DNA from: Vulcanimicrobiota bacterium
GTDB taxonomy: Bacteria > Vulcanimicrobiota > Vulcanimicrobiia > Vulcanimicrobiales > Vulcanimicrobiaceae
NCBI GenBank assembly: GCA_963723515.1
Contig: CAVRQT010000002.1
Location: 320,001-384,000, forward strand
Length of the DNA: 64,000 nt
Direction: 5' to 3'
The notes under the pieces are model-generated. The model did no database searches. It saw nothing but the letters and a program-made list of their open reading frames with translations, and had not been told where the DNA came from. Every line of letters begins with the position of its first letter. The stretch's first letter is position 1. Positions 23,301-33,098 of this stretch are shown here, one piece after another. The position numbers and the translations under genes were made by a program.

Positions 23301-24104
23301 ATGGTTCCCGCAATCCGGCCGGCGTCGACCGTCATGCTGCTGCGCGCATCCGACCGTCCGCCTTCCTTTAGAGTATTGATGCTGCGGCGCAGCGCGCAGA
23401 GCGCGTTCGCCCCGGATGCCTATGCATTTCCGGGAGGGGCGGTCGAGCCGGCGGATTACGTGGATCGAGGCGCAGCCAGAATCAACGGTCTCGATCGCCC
23501 GCGTTTGGCCGCGATGTTTCGCGTTGAAGCCACGGACGCTCTCGATGCTCCGAAGCTCGCCGAGCTGGACGACTCCGATCGCGCGGCGCTGGTCGTGGCG
23601 GCGTTGCGCGAGCTCTTTGAAGAAGGCGGCGTTTTCCTAGGAAGTTCTTCCAACGAGTCGCTCGACGAGCATCTCTTGAAGGAGGCACGCAGCGCTTTGT
23701 GGCGCCCCGGCGCAAACTTCGCCACGATCCTCGAACAGCATGGCCTCATGCTCGATGCATCCGGGCTGGAGCTCTTCTCGGTGTGGGTTACGCCGCCGCA
23801 TGAAGCGCGGCGCTTCCACGCTCACTTCTTCGTTGCGCGCGCCGACGGCCAGGTGGCAGCCGCAGACCGTTTTGAGACGCATGACGAGCTTTGGATCGAG
23901 CCGCAAGCGGCGCTCAACGAACATGCAGCCGGGCGTCTCGCGATGGTGTATCCGACGATCAAGCATATCGAACGCCTGGCGACCTTCACAACAATCGATG
24001 AAGTGATGGCGTTCGCCCGCCAAAAACCGATCGTTCGCATCATGCCGAATACCACCGCGGAACATGGTTTCTCACTTCCGCCGGAGCTCGAAAACGCGTG
24101 GTAG
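23301..24104 (+). CDS. NUDIX hydrolase (NUDT19-like)
   Basis: RPASTVMLLR, FPGGAVE..AALRELFEEGG, WVTP..RRF..FF. Confidence 0.88.
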   Translation: MVPAIRPASTVMLLRASDRPPSFRVLMLRRSAQSAFAPDAYAFPGGAVEPADYVDRGAARINGLDRPRLAAMFRVEATDALDAPKLAELDDSDRAALVVAALRELFEEGGVFLGSSSNESLDEHLLKEARSALWRPGANFATILEQHGLMLDASGLELFSVWVTPPHEARRFHAHFFVARADGQVAAADRFETHDELWIEPQAALNEHAAGRLAMVYPTIKHIERLATFTTIDEVMAFARQKPIVRIMPNTTAEHGFSLPPELENAW

Positions 24105-25123
24105 AGGGCTCGCGAATCACACTCGTGCGTGCTCCGAACCCGTCGCCGCTGACCTTATCCGGAACAAATTCCTATCTGATCGACGGCGCCAACGGAGAAG
24201 CGGCGTGCATCGATCCGGGCCCGCTGATCGAGCGGCATATCGACGCTCTGGTGGAGACGGCGACGGCAAAACGATTGCGTATCGCCTGGATTCTGATCAC
24301 GCACGGTCATCCCGATCATGCGCCGGCGGCCGTACCGTTGGCCAAGCGCACCGGCGCAAGAATTGCTGCGCATCGCAATTCAAAGGTACGGTACGACCGA
24401 GCGCTTCGCGATCGTGAGACGCTGCGTATCGGGGATGTCGAATTGCTCGCAATCGACGCGCCCGGCCATACGTTCGATCATCTGGTCTTTTACTACAGCG
24501 GCGAACGAGCGCTCTTCACCGGTGATGTGGTGCTCGGCGAAGGAACGGTCGTGATCGCACCGCCGGGCGGAGCAATGCGTCCGTATCAAGCGACGCTCGC
24601 CCGCCTGTTGGCAGACTTTCCGGAGCTGCAGCGCATCTATGGCGGTCACGGTGAACCGATTGGGGACGCTCGAGCGAAGCTGCGCGAGTACATCGCGCAT
24701 CGGCATCTGCGGGAACAGCAGCTGATCGGCGAATTGGAAACCGGGCCGCGAACGATTCCGGAACTGATTACTGCGATTTACGCGCAGACCGATGCGCGAC
24801 TCTGGCCTGCGGCCGCGCGGCAGATGCTTGCGCATTTGCTTGCCTTAGAAGACGAACGGAAAGTTCGCTCTCGCGTGCTCGATCGGGCGATGACCGCTGA
24901 AGAAAGAGCGATCCTCTCGCCCGATTGGTCCGGCAGCGCTGCGGATGATGCCGAGGTCGTACGTGCCGAGCTTGGCACCGAGGAGACCCCGGAGCTGCGA
25001 ATCTACGAGCTTGCCGGCGCTGATCCGCAACACGACTTTGCCGAATTGATCCGCATGTTCGAGGCGCTCGGCAGCCGCGACGATCTCGTCGAGCTCGAAA
25101 ATTCGATCGACGACCGGATGTAA
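24098..25123 (+). CDS. MBL-fold metallo-hydrolase (LACTB2-like); true stop may be near 25020
   Basis: APNPSPLTLSGTNSY, THGHPDH, PGHTFDH, FTGD, GGHG. Confidence 0.88.
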   Translation: MVEGSRITLVRAPNPSPLTLSGTNSYLIDGANGEAACIDPGPLIERHIDALVETATAKRLRIAWILITHGHPDHAPAAVPLAKRTGARIAAHRNSKVRYDRALRDRETLRIGDVELLAIDAPGHTFDHLVFYYSGERALFTGDVVLGEGTVVIAPPGGAMRPYQATLARLLADFPELQRIYGGHGEPIGDARAKLREYIAHRHLREQQLIGELETGPRTIPELITAIYAQTDARLWPAAARQMLAHLLALEDERKVRSRVLDRAMTAEERAILSPDWSGSAADDAEVVRAELGTEETPELRIYELAGADPQHDFAELIRMFEALGSRDDLVELENSIDDRM

Positions 25124-26014
25124 GCCGCCCTCAAAGAGTTGCAGCATCGCTTCGAAATCTTGCGGGCTGCCCATCGAGGTGCCTAGCACATCTTTGTGAT
25201 TCCAAAAGATTGAAAACGGCCGTATCTTCGCATCGCCTGTCGTGCCGCCATACGTAACGATGCGGCCACCCGGTTTGACGACATCTATGGCGCGCGCCAG
25301 CGCTTCGCCGCCCGCGGAATCGATCGCAATATCAATGCCGATCTTGCGCGCCGCTTTGTACCACTCCGGATCGCTCCGATAGTTAAACGCCTCATCGGCG
25401 CCGAGCGCTTTGGCGCGCTGCAATTTTTCGTCATGCGATGAGGTGACAACGACGCGCGCGCCGGCGTGTTTGCAAAAGAGCAGCACGAACGTTTGAACGC
25501 CGCCGCCAACGCCGGTGATCAGCACCGTGTCTGCGCTCGTGACGTTGCCGCGCGTAAACGTCGCACGGTATGCGGTCAGGCCGCCCAGCGGAATCGCAGC
25601 TGCTTCTTCATCCGAGAGTGGACCCGGCTTGGGCGCAACGTTTTGCGCCGGTACGCTGACATACTCGGCAAACGTTCCCGCGCGCGGCATGCCGAGGATC
25701 GTCGCGCGTGAGCTCCACACGCGCGGATCATCGCCCCAATCCAGCATCGGATCGATCACGACCGAATCGCCGGCAGCCGGACTCTGCACGCCGTCGCCCA
25801 GAGCGGCCACAATGCCGGCGCCATCCGATCCCAATATGACGGGCAATTCGATTCCCGGATAGAGGCCTTGCGTGATGAAAACATCCCGGTGGTTTAACGC
25901 GGCGGCATGGAGTCGCACGAGTACTTCACCGGGCGCCGGCTTTGGCTCAGGAATCTGGTCGACTTGCAGATTCTGAACTCCGCCCAATTCGTGCAGACGT
26001 ACGGCTTTCATCAT
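24845..26014 (-). CDS. Medium-chain dehydrogenase/reductase (quinone oxidoreductase-like); true stop may be near 25010
   Basis: AAALNHRD, GSDGAG, GxGGGV, family-typical C-terminal QFGKVVLRI. Confidence 0.88.
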   Translation of the reverse strand: MMKAVRLHELGGVQNLQVDQIPEPKPAPGEVLVRLHAAALNHRDVFITQGLYPGIELPVILGSDGAGIVAALGDGVQSPAAGDSVVIDPMLDWGDDPRVWSSRATILGMPRAGTFAEYVSVPAQNVAPKPGPLSDEEAAAIPLGGLTAYRATFTRGNVTSADTVLITGVGGGVQTFVLLFCKHAGARVVVTSSHDEKLQRAKALGADEAFNYRSDPEWYKAARKIGIDIAIDSAGGEALARAIDVVKPGGRIVTYGGTTGDAKIRPFSIFWNHKDVLGTSMGSPQDFEAMLQLFEGGLHPVVDRIFELDEIVAAAERLEHADQFGKVVLRISAGKLVDSQLRGLLGAKLGTYDLGIIRSAAGPIGREDRSFFSGHRPIEHARANFPFVF

Positions 26015-26017
26015 CTG

Positions 26018-28287
26018 TTAGTGCCGCATCGTAAAGATCAGTCGCGCGCTGAACGGCTCGATGAAAAACCGGTCCGTCGGCAGCAGCATCAATCCCGCCG
26101 GGCCATTTCCCAAGTATGGAACGCCTGCCCCCAGCAGCGGTGAATGGACCGCTGACGGCGTTCGTAATGTTCGTGAGCGCTAGCGTAAGGTCCGCATTTC
26201 CAAAGCGCCGGCCGAGCGCGCCGTTGACGATCGCATAAGGGCCTTGATTAAGCTCGTTGTTCTTGCCGCGAAATTGCGCATCGATAGCCGCGTGCCATGG
26301 AGCATTCCCCCAGGAGAGTTGCATCGAGCCCACTTGCTGCGGAATGCCCAAGAACTGCTCGCCGGAAACTAAGAAGCCGCCGGAAGTCGGATTTGTGACC
26401 GTTGCGGGAAGGTTGAGCGGATAGGCAACGTTCAGTCCGTACTGCGCCGTAAACGTCAACTTCTTAAAACGCCGCAAGAAGCGAATCGCGCCACCTTCGT
26501 AGACGACGTTGCCGGCATTGATCGGATAGGAGTAGTTGACGTTCGGACACGTATTGCCAGGGTAGAACGTTTCGATCGGATCGCGCAGATTCGTTCGGTA
26601 GGCGGAGACGTCCAACGTTGCAACGCTTGAAAATCGTTGGGCGTATCCCAATTCATATTCCGTTGCATGCTCCGCTCGCTCGTTTGGATTTCCTTGGCCA
26701 ACGATGACGCAATCGGCATTCGGCGGTGGCAGCGCATCGTTGGGAAAAAGGTAGCGCTCAATGAGCAGCGGCGCTCGAAATCCGGTGCCGACGGAGAATC
26801 GGACGACGCTCGAATCGGTCAGATCGTAACTGACGCCGAAACGCCCGTTGACCGATCCGCCGAACGTCGTGTAGTTGGATGAGTAGAGCGCTCCTGCGAC
26901 ACGCAGTTTGACGGTGGGCCGCAAGGTCGCGCGTACGAAATAGGACGCAATCCGCTGTCCCTGAGGCGCAGCAACGTTCGTTTCGGCGAGCGATTCGTTT
27001 TCAATGTAACCGCCGAATAGCATATTCCGAACGCTCGAAGACCCTCTGCCAGCCGAGTGAGACGGTGTTGCGCTTGTCCTGATGCGAAATGTCATAGGGA
27101 GAAATTCCAGCCGGCGCAAGCTGCAGCGCGATCGTATTATTGGAAGCGGAAAAATCGGTGGTCAGCGTGCCGGCACCGAGCGGATTGCGCGTGCGAAGAT
27201 CGTAGGCGCGAACGGTTTGCCCAACTTCGATCGGCCCGGGGCCGATGAATCCGCCGGGCACAGCGCCCGACGGATCGGGCGCGTTCATGGCCGCACTTTC
27301 ATCGCGCTGATCGCCTAATGAAAAGATTCTCAACGCGAGGTCCGCTCGCGGCGAAAATGACCACGTCAAATTCGCAAGTGCAGAATGGCTGTTAACCGCT
27401 GAACCAAGGTGGATCGGCGTCGCCTGCCCGGCGACACAGGGATTGCTTTGGCAGAACAACGCCTGTTGATTGACATAGCCGGACTCATTCGCGTTGTCTA
27501 GAGCTAGCGCGTACCCAAAGCGATCTCGCATTGCGGTGGCGTTGATCCACTCCTCCGATCGGCCGAACGATCCGGCGCTGAGCGAAAATGCATCGTGCGG
27601 CTGCTGCGTTGGATGCAGCGAAACGATGTTGACCGCGCCGCCGATCGTGTTCGATCCCTCGAGGTCTGCGGGGCCAAGACCTTCGGTCACGTCGATCGCC
27701 GCAAACGCTGCAACGGGAAATCGCGAGAGATCAAGATCGCCGGTGTTCGCGTCATTGAGGAGCTGGCCGTCCAGCGTGATAAGCGTTTCCGACGGATCGG
27801 GCCCGCGCAGGGCGACGACTTCGGGCGCAGTGGATGAACCACCATCGGGTCGAGGTAAGGTTACGGATGGGATTTGCGGCAATGCATTGACGATCCGGTC
27901 GTAGCCCACGCTCTCCAGTTGCGAGTGTGAAATTTGCACGCTCGGCACCGGACTGTGTGAAAGCGTCAGTTCGCCATTCACGGTCACCTCGCCGATCGGC
28001 CGCAGATGCTGCGAATCGGCCGGTTCGAGCGCGACATCGACCGTTGAATCGTTGCGGACTTCAATCGGGCCGACGTCTGCAATCGCATAACCGTTCGCAC
28101 GGGCGATCAAGATGTACGATCCGGGAGCAACCTGAATCGAGAAGCGCCCGTCCTGCTTCGTGCGCGTTGTCGTGGTAGAAGAATTGTGTTGCAGCGTGAT
28201 CGACGCGTTCGCTACCGGCGCGCCGCTCGGGCCATGCACGATGCCGCCGATCGTGCAGCAAGCGAGCACGGCCCCCAAGTAAAGCAT
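26018..28287 (-). CDS. TonB-dependent receptor with N-terminal carboxypeptidase-regulatory-like domain (frameshifts near 27020 and 26130)
   Basis: Plug motifs VALRG..ETLITLDG and IGGAVNIV; barrel motifs GTGFRAP and GNPN..E..TEYELG across ORFs 27001..28314 and 25947..27119; restored frame ends IFTMRH* at 26018. Confidence 0.88.
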
Positions 28288-28376
28288 CGCGCCAGGCCGT
28301 TGGCGGGGCACCAATCTCCATCCTTTGGCGACGAAACCGCTAGGACGAGGCCGCCTTTAACCGATACAATACCTTC

Positions 28377-28607
28377 ATGAATTTAAAGGCGCTTTCGCGA
28401 CTGGTCCGCGGTTTCAAAATTGAAATCGGTGATCTGCGCGCCGAGGGACCGCCGGCAATGGTCGTGGCGTTCGGCGGACTCGTGCTCGCGGCGGGGCTCG
28501 TCCGATTGCTCAATCAAAATGCGGCCGTTTTACCCGAAACGCTGCGCGAAGCGAAGAGTCTCGTCGACTCTTTGCGCGGCGATTCCCGAGCGCGACTGCC
28601 CTCATGA
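28377..28607 (+). CDS. Small hypothetical protein with one hydrophobic segment, coupled to bolA
   Basis: 76 aa ORF whose stop overlaps the bolA start (ATGA at 28604-28607). Confidence 0.65.
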   Translation: MNLKALSRLVRGFKIEIGDLRAEGPPAMVVAFGGLVLAAGLVRLLNQNAAVLPETLREAKSLVDSLRGDSRARLPS

Positions 28608-28850
28608 TCGACAACGAGTCGATCCGCGCACTGATTGCTAAAGCGATTCCCGACGCCCATGTTGAGATATTCGACCGAACCGGAACGATGGATCATTTCA
28701 ACATCAGCGTGACGTCGAGCGGAATTCACGCAGAAGTCGCTGATCGAGCAGCACCAAATGGTTTATTCCGCGCTGCGCCCGGCGCTCAAAGACGGCCGTC
28801 TGCATGCCGTCGAACTGAAAACTCACGCCTTGGAGAGGTCCGCTTCATGA
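28604..28850 (+). CDS. bolA: BolA/IbaG family protein (frameshift near 28722)
   Basis: DHFNISVTS, then in the shifted frame FTQKSLIEQHQMVYSAL..LHAVELKT; stop overlaps the grx ATG. Confidence 0.88.
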
Positions 28851-29197
28851 CACAAGATCTGCGCGCCGAAATTGACCGCGAAATCGCGGCGAATAAAATT
28901 CTGATCTACGGGAAAGGCACGAAGACGATGCCGCGCTGCGGCTTCACGCTCGAAACGATCGAGTTTTTCAATCGTTTCAGCTACCCGTTCGAGGTGATCG
29001 ACGTTCTCGAAAATCTCGAGAAGCGCGAGGTACTCTCCGAGATGACGAACTGGCCGACCTTACCGAAGGTCTTCATCAACGGCAAGTTCTACGGCGACAC
29101 CGACATCTTAGGACCGATGGACGCGAGTGGCGAGCTTGGCGAGGTTCTGAGCCAGACGTTCGGCACCGCGCCGCGTCCCACGATTCAGTTGCATTAA
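28847..29197 (+). CDS. grxD: Monothiol glutaredoxin, GrxD-like (CGFT variant)
   Basis: KGT..MPRCGFT and NWPTLP; RBS GGAGAGG; adjacent to bolA. Confidence 0.8.
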   Translation: MTQDLRAEIDREIAANKILIYGKGTKTMPRCGFTLETIEFFNRFSYPFEVIDVLENLEKREVLSEMTNWPTLPKVFINGKFYGDTDILGPMDASGELGEVLSQTFGTAPRPTIQLH

Positions 29198-29209
29198 ACA
29201 CAGGTCCGG

Positions 29210-29681
29210 ATGCTAACGCTTTGGGCGTCCGGTCAGGAGCGCGCCTGGCTGAACTCATTCCGCATGCGCACGCCGTTTCAACCGCGCTATTGCGAGATCG
29301 ATACCTACGGTCACGTGAGCGTCGTGATGTACGACGCGTATTTAGAGCAAGGCCGAATGGAGTATTTTGCGGCGATCGGCGATCCGTCGTCCGGCGATCC
29401 GTTTCCGTTCGCGACACGTCATCGCCGAACAGAGCATACGCTACATCGCAAGCTGCTATTTCCGCGAAGATTTGGCGGTGCTGACGAAGATTACGGAGTT
29501 AGGCCGCTCGAGCGCGACGGTCGAACAAGCGATCGTCGATCCGCGGGGCGCATTGCGCGCGATTTCGAGCACGGTGATCGTGCATCATGACGGCAAGCAG
29601 AATCTTCCCTGGACGGCCGAGCAGCGGGAAGCGATTGCAAAATTTGAAGGCTTTTTGACGTCGTCGGTCAGGGAGTATTGA
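29210..29681 (+). CDS. Acyl-CoA thioesterase, 4HBT/YbgC hotdog family (frameshift near 29425)
   Basis: RYCEIDTYGHV..Y..YLEQGR, then ITELGRSS in ORF 29367..29681. Confidence 0.8.
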
Positions 29682-29685
29682 GCAA

Positions 29686-29770
29686 TGGGGTCCCGCCCGC
29701 GTTAGTTTGGGCGGGGGCGCGCAGGCCGGTTTTCAGCGCATCGTGCTGAAAGCCGGACGGAGCGCCAAGC
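29686..29770 (+). repeat. Structured two-hairpin intergenic element, copy 2
   Basis: tggggtcccgcccgcgttagtttgggcgggggcgcgcaggccggttttcagcgcatcgtgctgaaagccggacggagcgccaagc aligns to the reverse complement of 2895-2976. Confidence 0.8.
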
Positions 29771-29798
29771 AAGCGCGCGAAGTGCGTTGCTAAACTAG

Positions 29799-30245
29799 AT
29801 GCGCTATTGGCTGTTCAAGACCGAGCCCACCGCCTACAGTCTTGACGATCTCGAGCGCGACGGCACGACGCCGTGGAGCGGCGTGCGCAATTTTCAAGCG
29901 CGCAACAATATGCTCGAAATGAAGATCGGAGATCAGGGTCTCTTCTATCACAGCAGCATCGCAGAGCCCGCCGCAATTGGGATCTGCGAAGTCGCGCGTG
30001 AGGCGTATCCTGACTTCACGGCCTTCGATTCAAAGAGCGAATACTTTGACCGCAAGAGCAAGCCGGACAAGCCGATCTGGCAGATGGTGGACGTCAAGTT
30101 CGTCGAGCGCTTTTCACATGCCGTAACGCTTGCGCAGATGCGCGCCGACCCGCGGCTGGTCGGGATGGCGCTGTTGCGCCGCGGACAACGTCTTTCCGTG
30201 CAGCCGGTCACACCGCACGAATGGAAGATAATTCTTAGAGCTTAG
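29799..30245 (+). CDS. EVE domain protein (PUA-like)
   Basis: YWLFKTEP, WSGVRNFQARN, FYHS, RLSVQPV. Confidence 0.93.
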   Translation: MRYWLFKTEPTAYSLDDLERDGTTPWSGVRNFQARNNMLEMKIGDQGLFYHSSIAEPAAIGICEVAREAYPDFTAFDSKSEYFDRKSKPDKPIWQMVDVKFVERFSHAVTLAQMRADPRLVGMALLRRGQRLSVQPVTPHEWKIILRA

Positions 30246-30288
30246 CCGAGGCTAACGTAAATGGGTCTGCCCGCATGAGGATTGGCGC

Positions 30289-32409
30289 TTAATTCAAAAT
30301 ATGGGCTTGCGTTAAGAAGACGTGCTGCGCGTCGACCGGTAATTCGTCCGGCCTGGGATGCAGACGCCGATACGAACCATCTGAAAGCAGCTCGCGCGTC
30401 TTCATATTGTCCGCGTACAGAACATCAAGGATTTGCGATCGAATCGTTTGCGCAAGCAGCGGATCGAGCACCGGCGCGACCGTCTCAAAGCGCCGGCTGA
30501 GGTTGCGCCCCATCCAATCCGCACTGCCGATGAACGTCTGTGGGTCGCCGCCGTTCTCGAAGATGAAGATGCGCGAGTGTTCCAAGAATCGCCCGACGAT
30601 GCTGCGGATGCGAATCGTTTCGCTAATGCCGGGTACGCCTGGACGCACCACGCACATTCCGCGCACAAGGAGATCGATCGGCACGCCGGCCTGCGAAGCG
30701 CGATACAGTGCCCGCACAACTTCGGCGTCGGTGATCGCGTTGAGTTTGCCGCGAACCCCTGACGGTCGCCCGGCGCGCGCATGTTCCGTTTCGCGGTCGA
30801 TCAGCGCGAGCAGTTCGCGACGTAAGTTGACGGGCGCAACCAGGAGCTCTTCGTAGTCGCTGATTTTCGAGAACCCCGTGAGTGCGTTAAAGAGCTGCGT
30901 CACATCGGAGCCGAGCTCCGCACGACACGTGAAGAGGCTCAAGTCCGTGTAGAGCTTCGCGGTCTTCTCGTTGTAGTTGCCGGTTCCGAAGTGCATGTAC
31001 CGCCGAATGCCGTCGGTCTCTTGCCGTACGATCAGCGTCACTTTCGCATGGGTCTTCAATTCCGGAAAACCGTAGACGACATGGACGCCGGCACGCTCTA
31101 AACGCCGCGCCCAATCGATGTTGTTCTCTTCATCGAAGCGAGCCTTGAGCTCGATGAGGACCGCGACTTGCTTTTCATTTTCCGCGGCCTCGAGCAGCGC
31201 GGCGACGATAGGCGAGTTGCGCCCGGAGGTTCGGTAGAGCGTCTGCTTGATCGCGAGGACCTGCGGATCTTCAGCAGCCTCCTGAATGAATTGCACGACG
31301 GGGTCAAACGACTCGTACGGGTGATGCAGCAAGATATCGCCTTCGCGAATGGCCGCGAAGAGATCGGTGACGCCGACGAGCCGCTTCGGTATCGCCGGCG
31401 TAAACGGCGGATCGTGCAGCTGCTTGTGGTCAGGAAGCGTCGCAATCGCCATCACGTCGTTGACGGCGAGCATTCCCTCGGTCTCGTAGCAGTCAACGGT
31501 TCCGAGCGAGAGCTCCTCGAGCAGCCAATCGCGCATGTATTCCGGCATCCCGTGCTCGATCTCTAAGCGAACCGGCTCGCCAAACCGGCGCCGCTGCAGT
31601 TCGGATTCGATCGCCGCGAGCAGATCGTCCGCCTCGTCTTCCTGCAAGTCGAGATCCGCATCCCGCGTGACGCGAAAACAGTACGAATCCCGAATCGCCA
31701 TGCCGGGAAAGAGTGCATCAAGGTGATGCGCGACGAGATCTTCGAGCATGATGTAGCGGCGCTCCGATTCCGGCGCCTCTTCAACCGGAACGAAACGCGG
31801 AAGCGTCGGCGGAATCTTGACGCGCGCAAAGTGGAAATCCGTTCCTTCGGCCTTTGTTTCTTCGAGCTCGACTGCGAGCGAGAGCGACAGATTCGAAATG
31901 TATGGGAACGGATGGCCGCTGTCGATCGCTAGCGGCGTCAAGACCGGAAAGACGCGCTCCTCAAATACGCGTTCGAAACGCTCTTGCTCCGCGGCGCTCA
32001 GCTCGTCAAGTCCAACGATCTTAATCCCGTGACGCTCGAGCGCCGGCCAAATTTCATCGCGAAGCACGCGCATTTGGTGCTTCAGCGAGTGGCGTAAGCG
32101 CTCTGAAATCGCGCTCAGATGTTCCGCCGGAAGGCGGCCGTCATCTGAACGGCGATGGATCTGCGCTTCGATCTGCTGTTTGATCGCGGCGACGCGAATC
32201 ATGAAGAATTCGTCGAGATTCGTGCCATAAATGGCGATGAATTTGAGGCGTTCGAGCAGCGGCACGCGTTCATCGGCGGCTTCCTCGAGAACGCGATCGT
32301 TGAACTCGAGCCATGAAAGTTCGCGGCTGAAATACAGCGACGGATCGTCTAACGGACGAACCGGCGGCTGCAGCGAGCTTGCAGCGGCGACTTCCGGGCT
32401 CTTAAGCAT
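30289..32409 (-). CDS. ppk1: Polyphosphate kinase 1
   Basis: RELSWLEFNDRVL, NLDEFFMIRVA, LLHHPYESF, ELKARFDEENN, GRFLEHSR. Confidence 0.97.
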   Translation of the reverse strand: MLKSPEVAAASSLQPPVRPLDDPSLYFSRELSWLEFNDRVLEEAADERVPLLERLKFIAIYGTNLDEFFMIRVAAIKQQIEAQIHRRSDDGRLPAEHLSAISERLRHSLKHQMRVLRDEIWPALERHGIKIVGLDELSAAEQERFERVFEERVFPVLTPLAIDSGHPFPYISNLSLSLAVELEETKAEGTDFHFARVKIPPTLPRFVPVEEAPESERRYIMLEDLVAHHLDALFPGMAIRDSYCFRVTRDADLDLQEDEADDLLAAIESELQRRRFGEPVRLEIEHGMPEYMRDWLLEELSLGTVDCYETEGMLAVNDVMAIATLPDHKQLHDPPFTPAIPKRLVGVTDLFAAIREGDILLHHPYESFDPVVQFIQEAAEDPQVLAIKQTLYRTSGRNSPIVAALLEAAENEKQVAVLIELKARFDEENNIDWARRLERAGVHVVYGFPELKTHAKVTLIVRQETDGIRRYMHFGTGNYNEKTAKLYTDLSLFTCRAELGSDVTQLFNALTGFSKISDYEELLVAPVNLRRELLALIDRETEHARAGRPSGVRGKLNAITDAEVVRALYRASQAGVPIDLLVRGMCVVRPGVPGISETIRIRSIVGRFLEHSRIFIFENGGDPQTFIGSADWMGRNLSRRFETVAPVLDPLLAQTIRSQILDVLYADNMKTRELLSDGSYRRLHPRPDELPVDAQHVFLTQAHILN

Positions 32410-32490
32410 GGGTTTGCACTACTTCAACGGCGGCGCGGCTGATCCCATGTACGTTGCAAGACTCCGGCGAGCACTCCTTAAGATAAAGAT

Positions 32491-33098
32491 GTGATATCGC
32501 TGCGCGATCTCGCGTCTCATGCGCTGACGCATTTGCAAATGGCGGGCATCGCGCTTGCCGTTGCATCTGCCATCGCATTGCCGCTCGGTACGCTGAGCGC
32601 GCATCTCAATCGATTGCGCGGCACCGTCTTGGGTGTGGCCAACGTTGGCCGCGTCATACCGAGTCTCGCGATGTTGACCTTCGCGCTGCCGTTCTTAGGC
32701 GTCGGTCTGTGGAGCGCCGTCGTCGCTTTGACACTCCTTGCCGATTCCGCCGATTGCAATCAACACGGATCTCGGTTTTCGAGCCGTTCCGGCAGCCGCA
32801 ACCGATGCGGCTCGCGGAATGGGCATGACGCGCTGGCAGCAGCTCTTTCGCGTGGAGTGGCCTCTCGCGCTGCCGGTGCTCTTCACCGGCGTCCGAACTG
32901 CGAGCACCGAGCTGATCGCGAGCGCAACGCTGGCCGCATTCATCGGGGCCGGCGGATTAGGAGAGTACATCCTGCGCGGATTGCAGGCGAACGATCCGCG
33001 ACTCATTGATCGTCGGCTCTACGGCAGTTGCGTTGCTCGCGATTGCTGTAGAGCTGCTTTTCATCCTCGTCTCGCGCCTTATTGGAGAGCGTTCATGA
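32491..33098 (+). CDS. Osmoprotectant-type ABC transporter permease (frameshifted)
   Basis: IPSLAML, DAARGMGMT..VEWPLALP, IGAGGLG across ORFs 32491..33009 and 32738..33982. Confidence 0.85.

Noticed and set aside
28604..29197. Apparent BolA-glutaredoxin fusion (197-aa ORF)
   Set aside because: The BolA C-terminal half is in another frame and ends at 28850 with an ATGA overlap and its own RBS for grx; a frameshift artefact.
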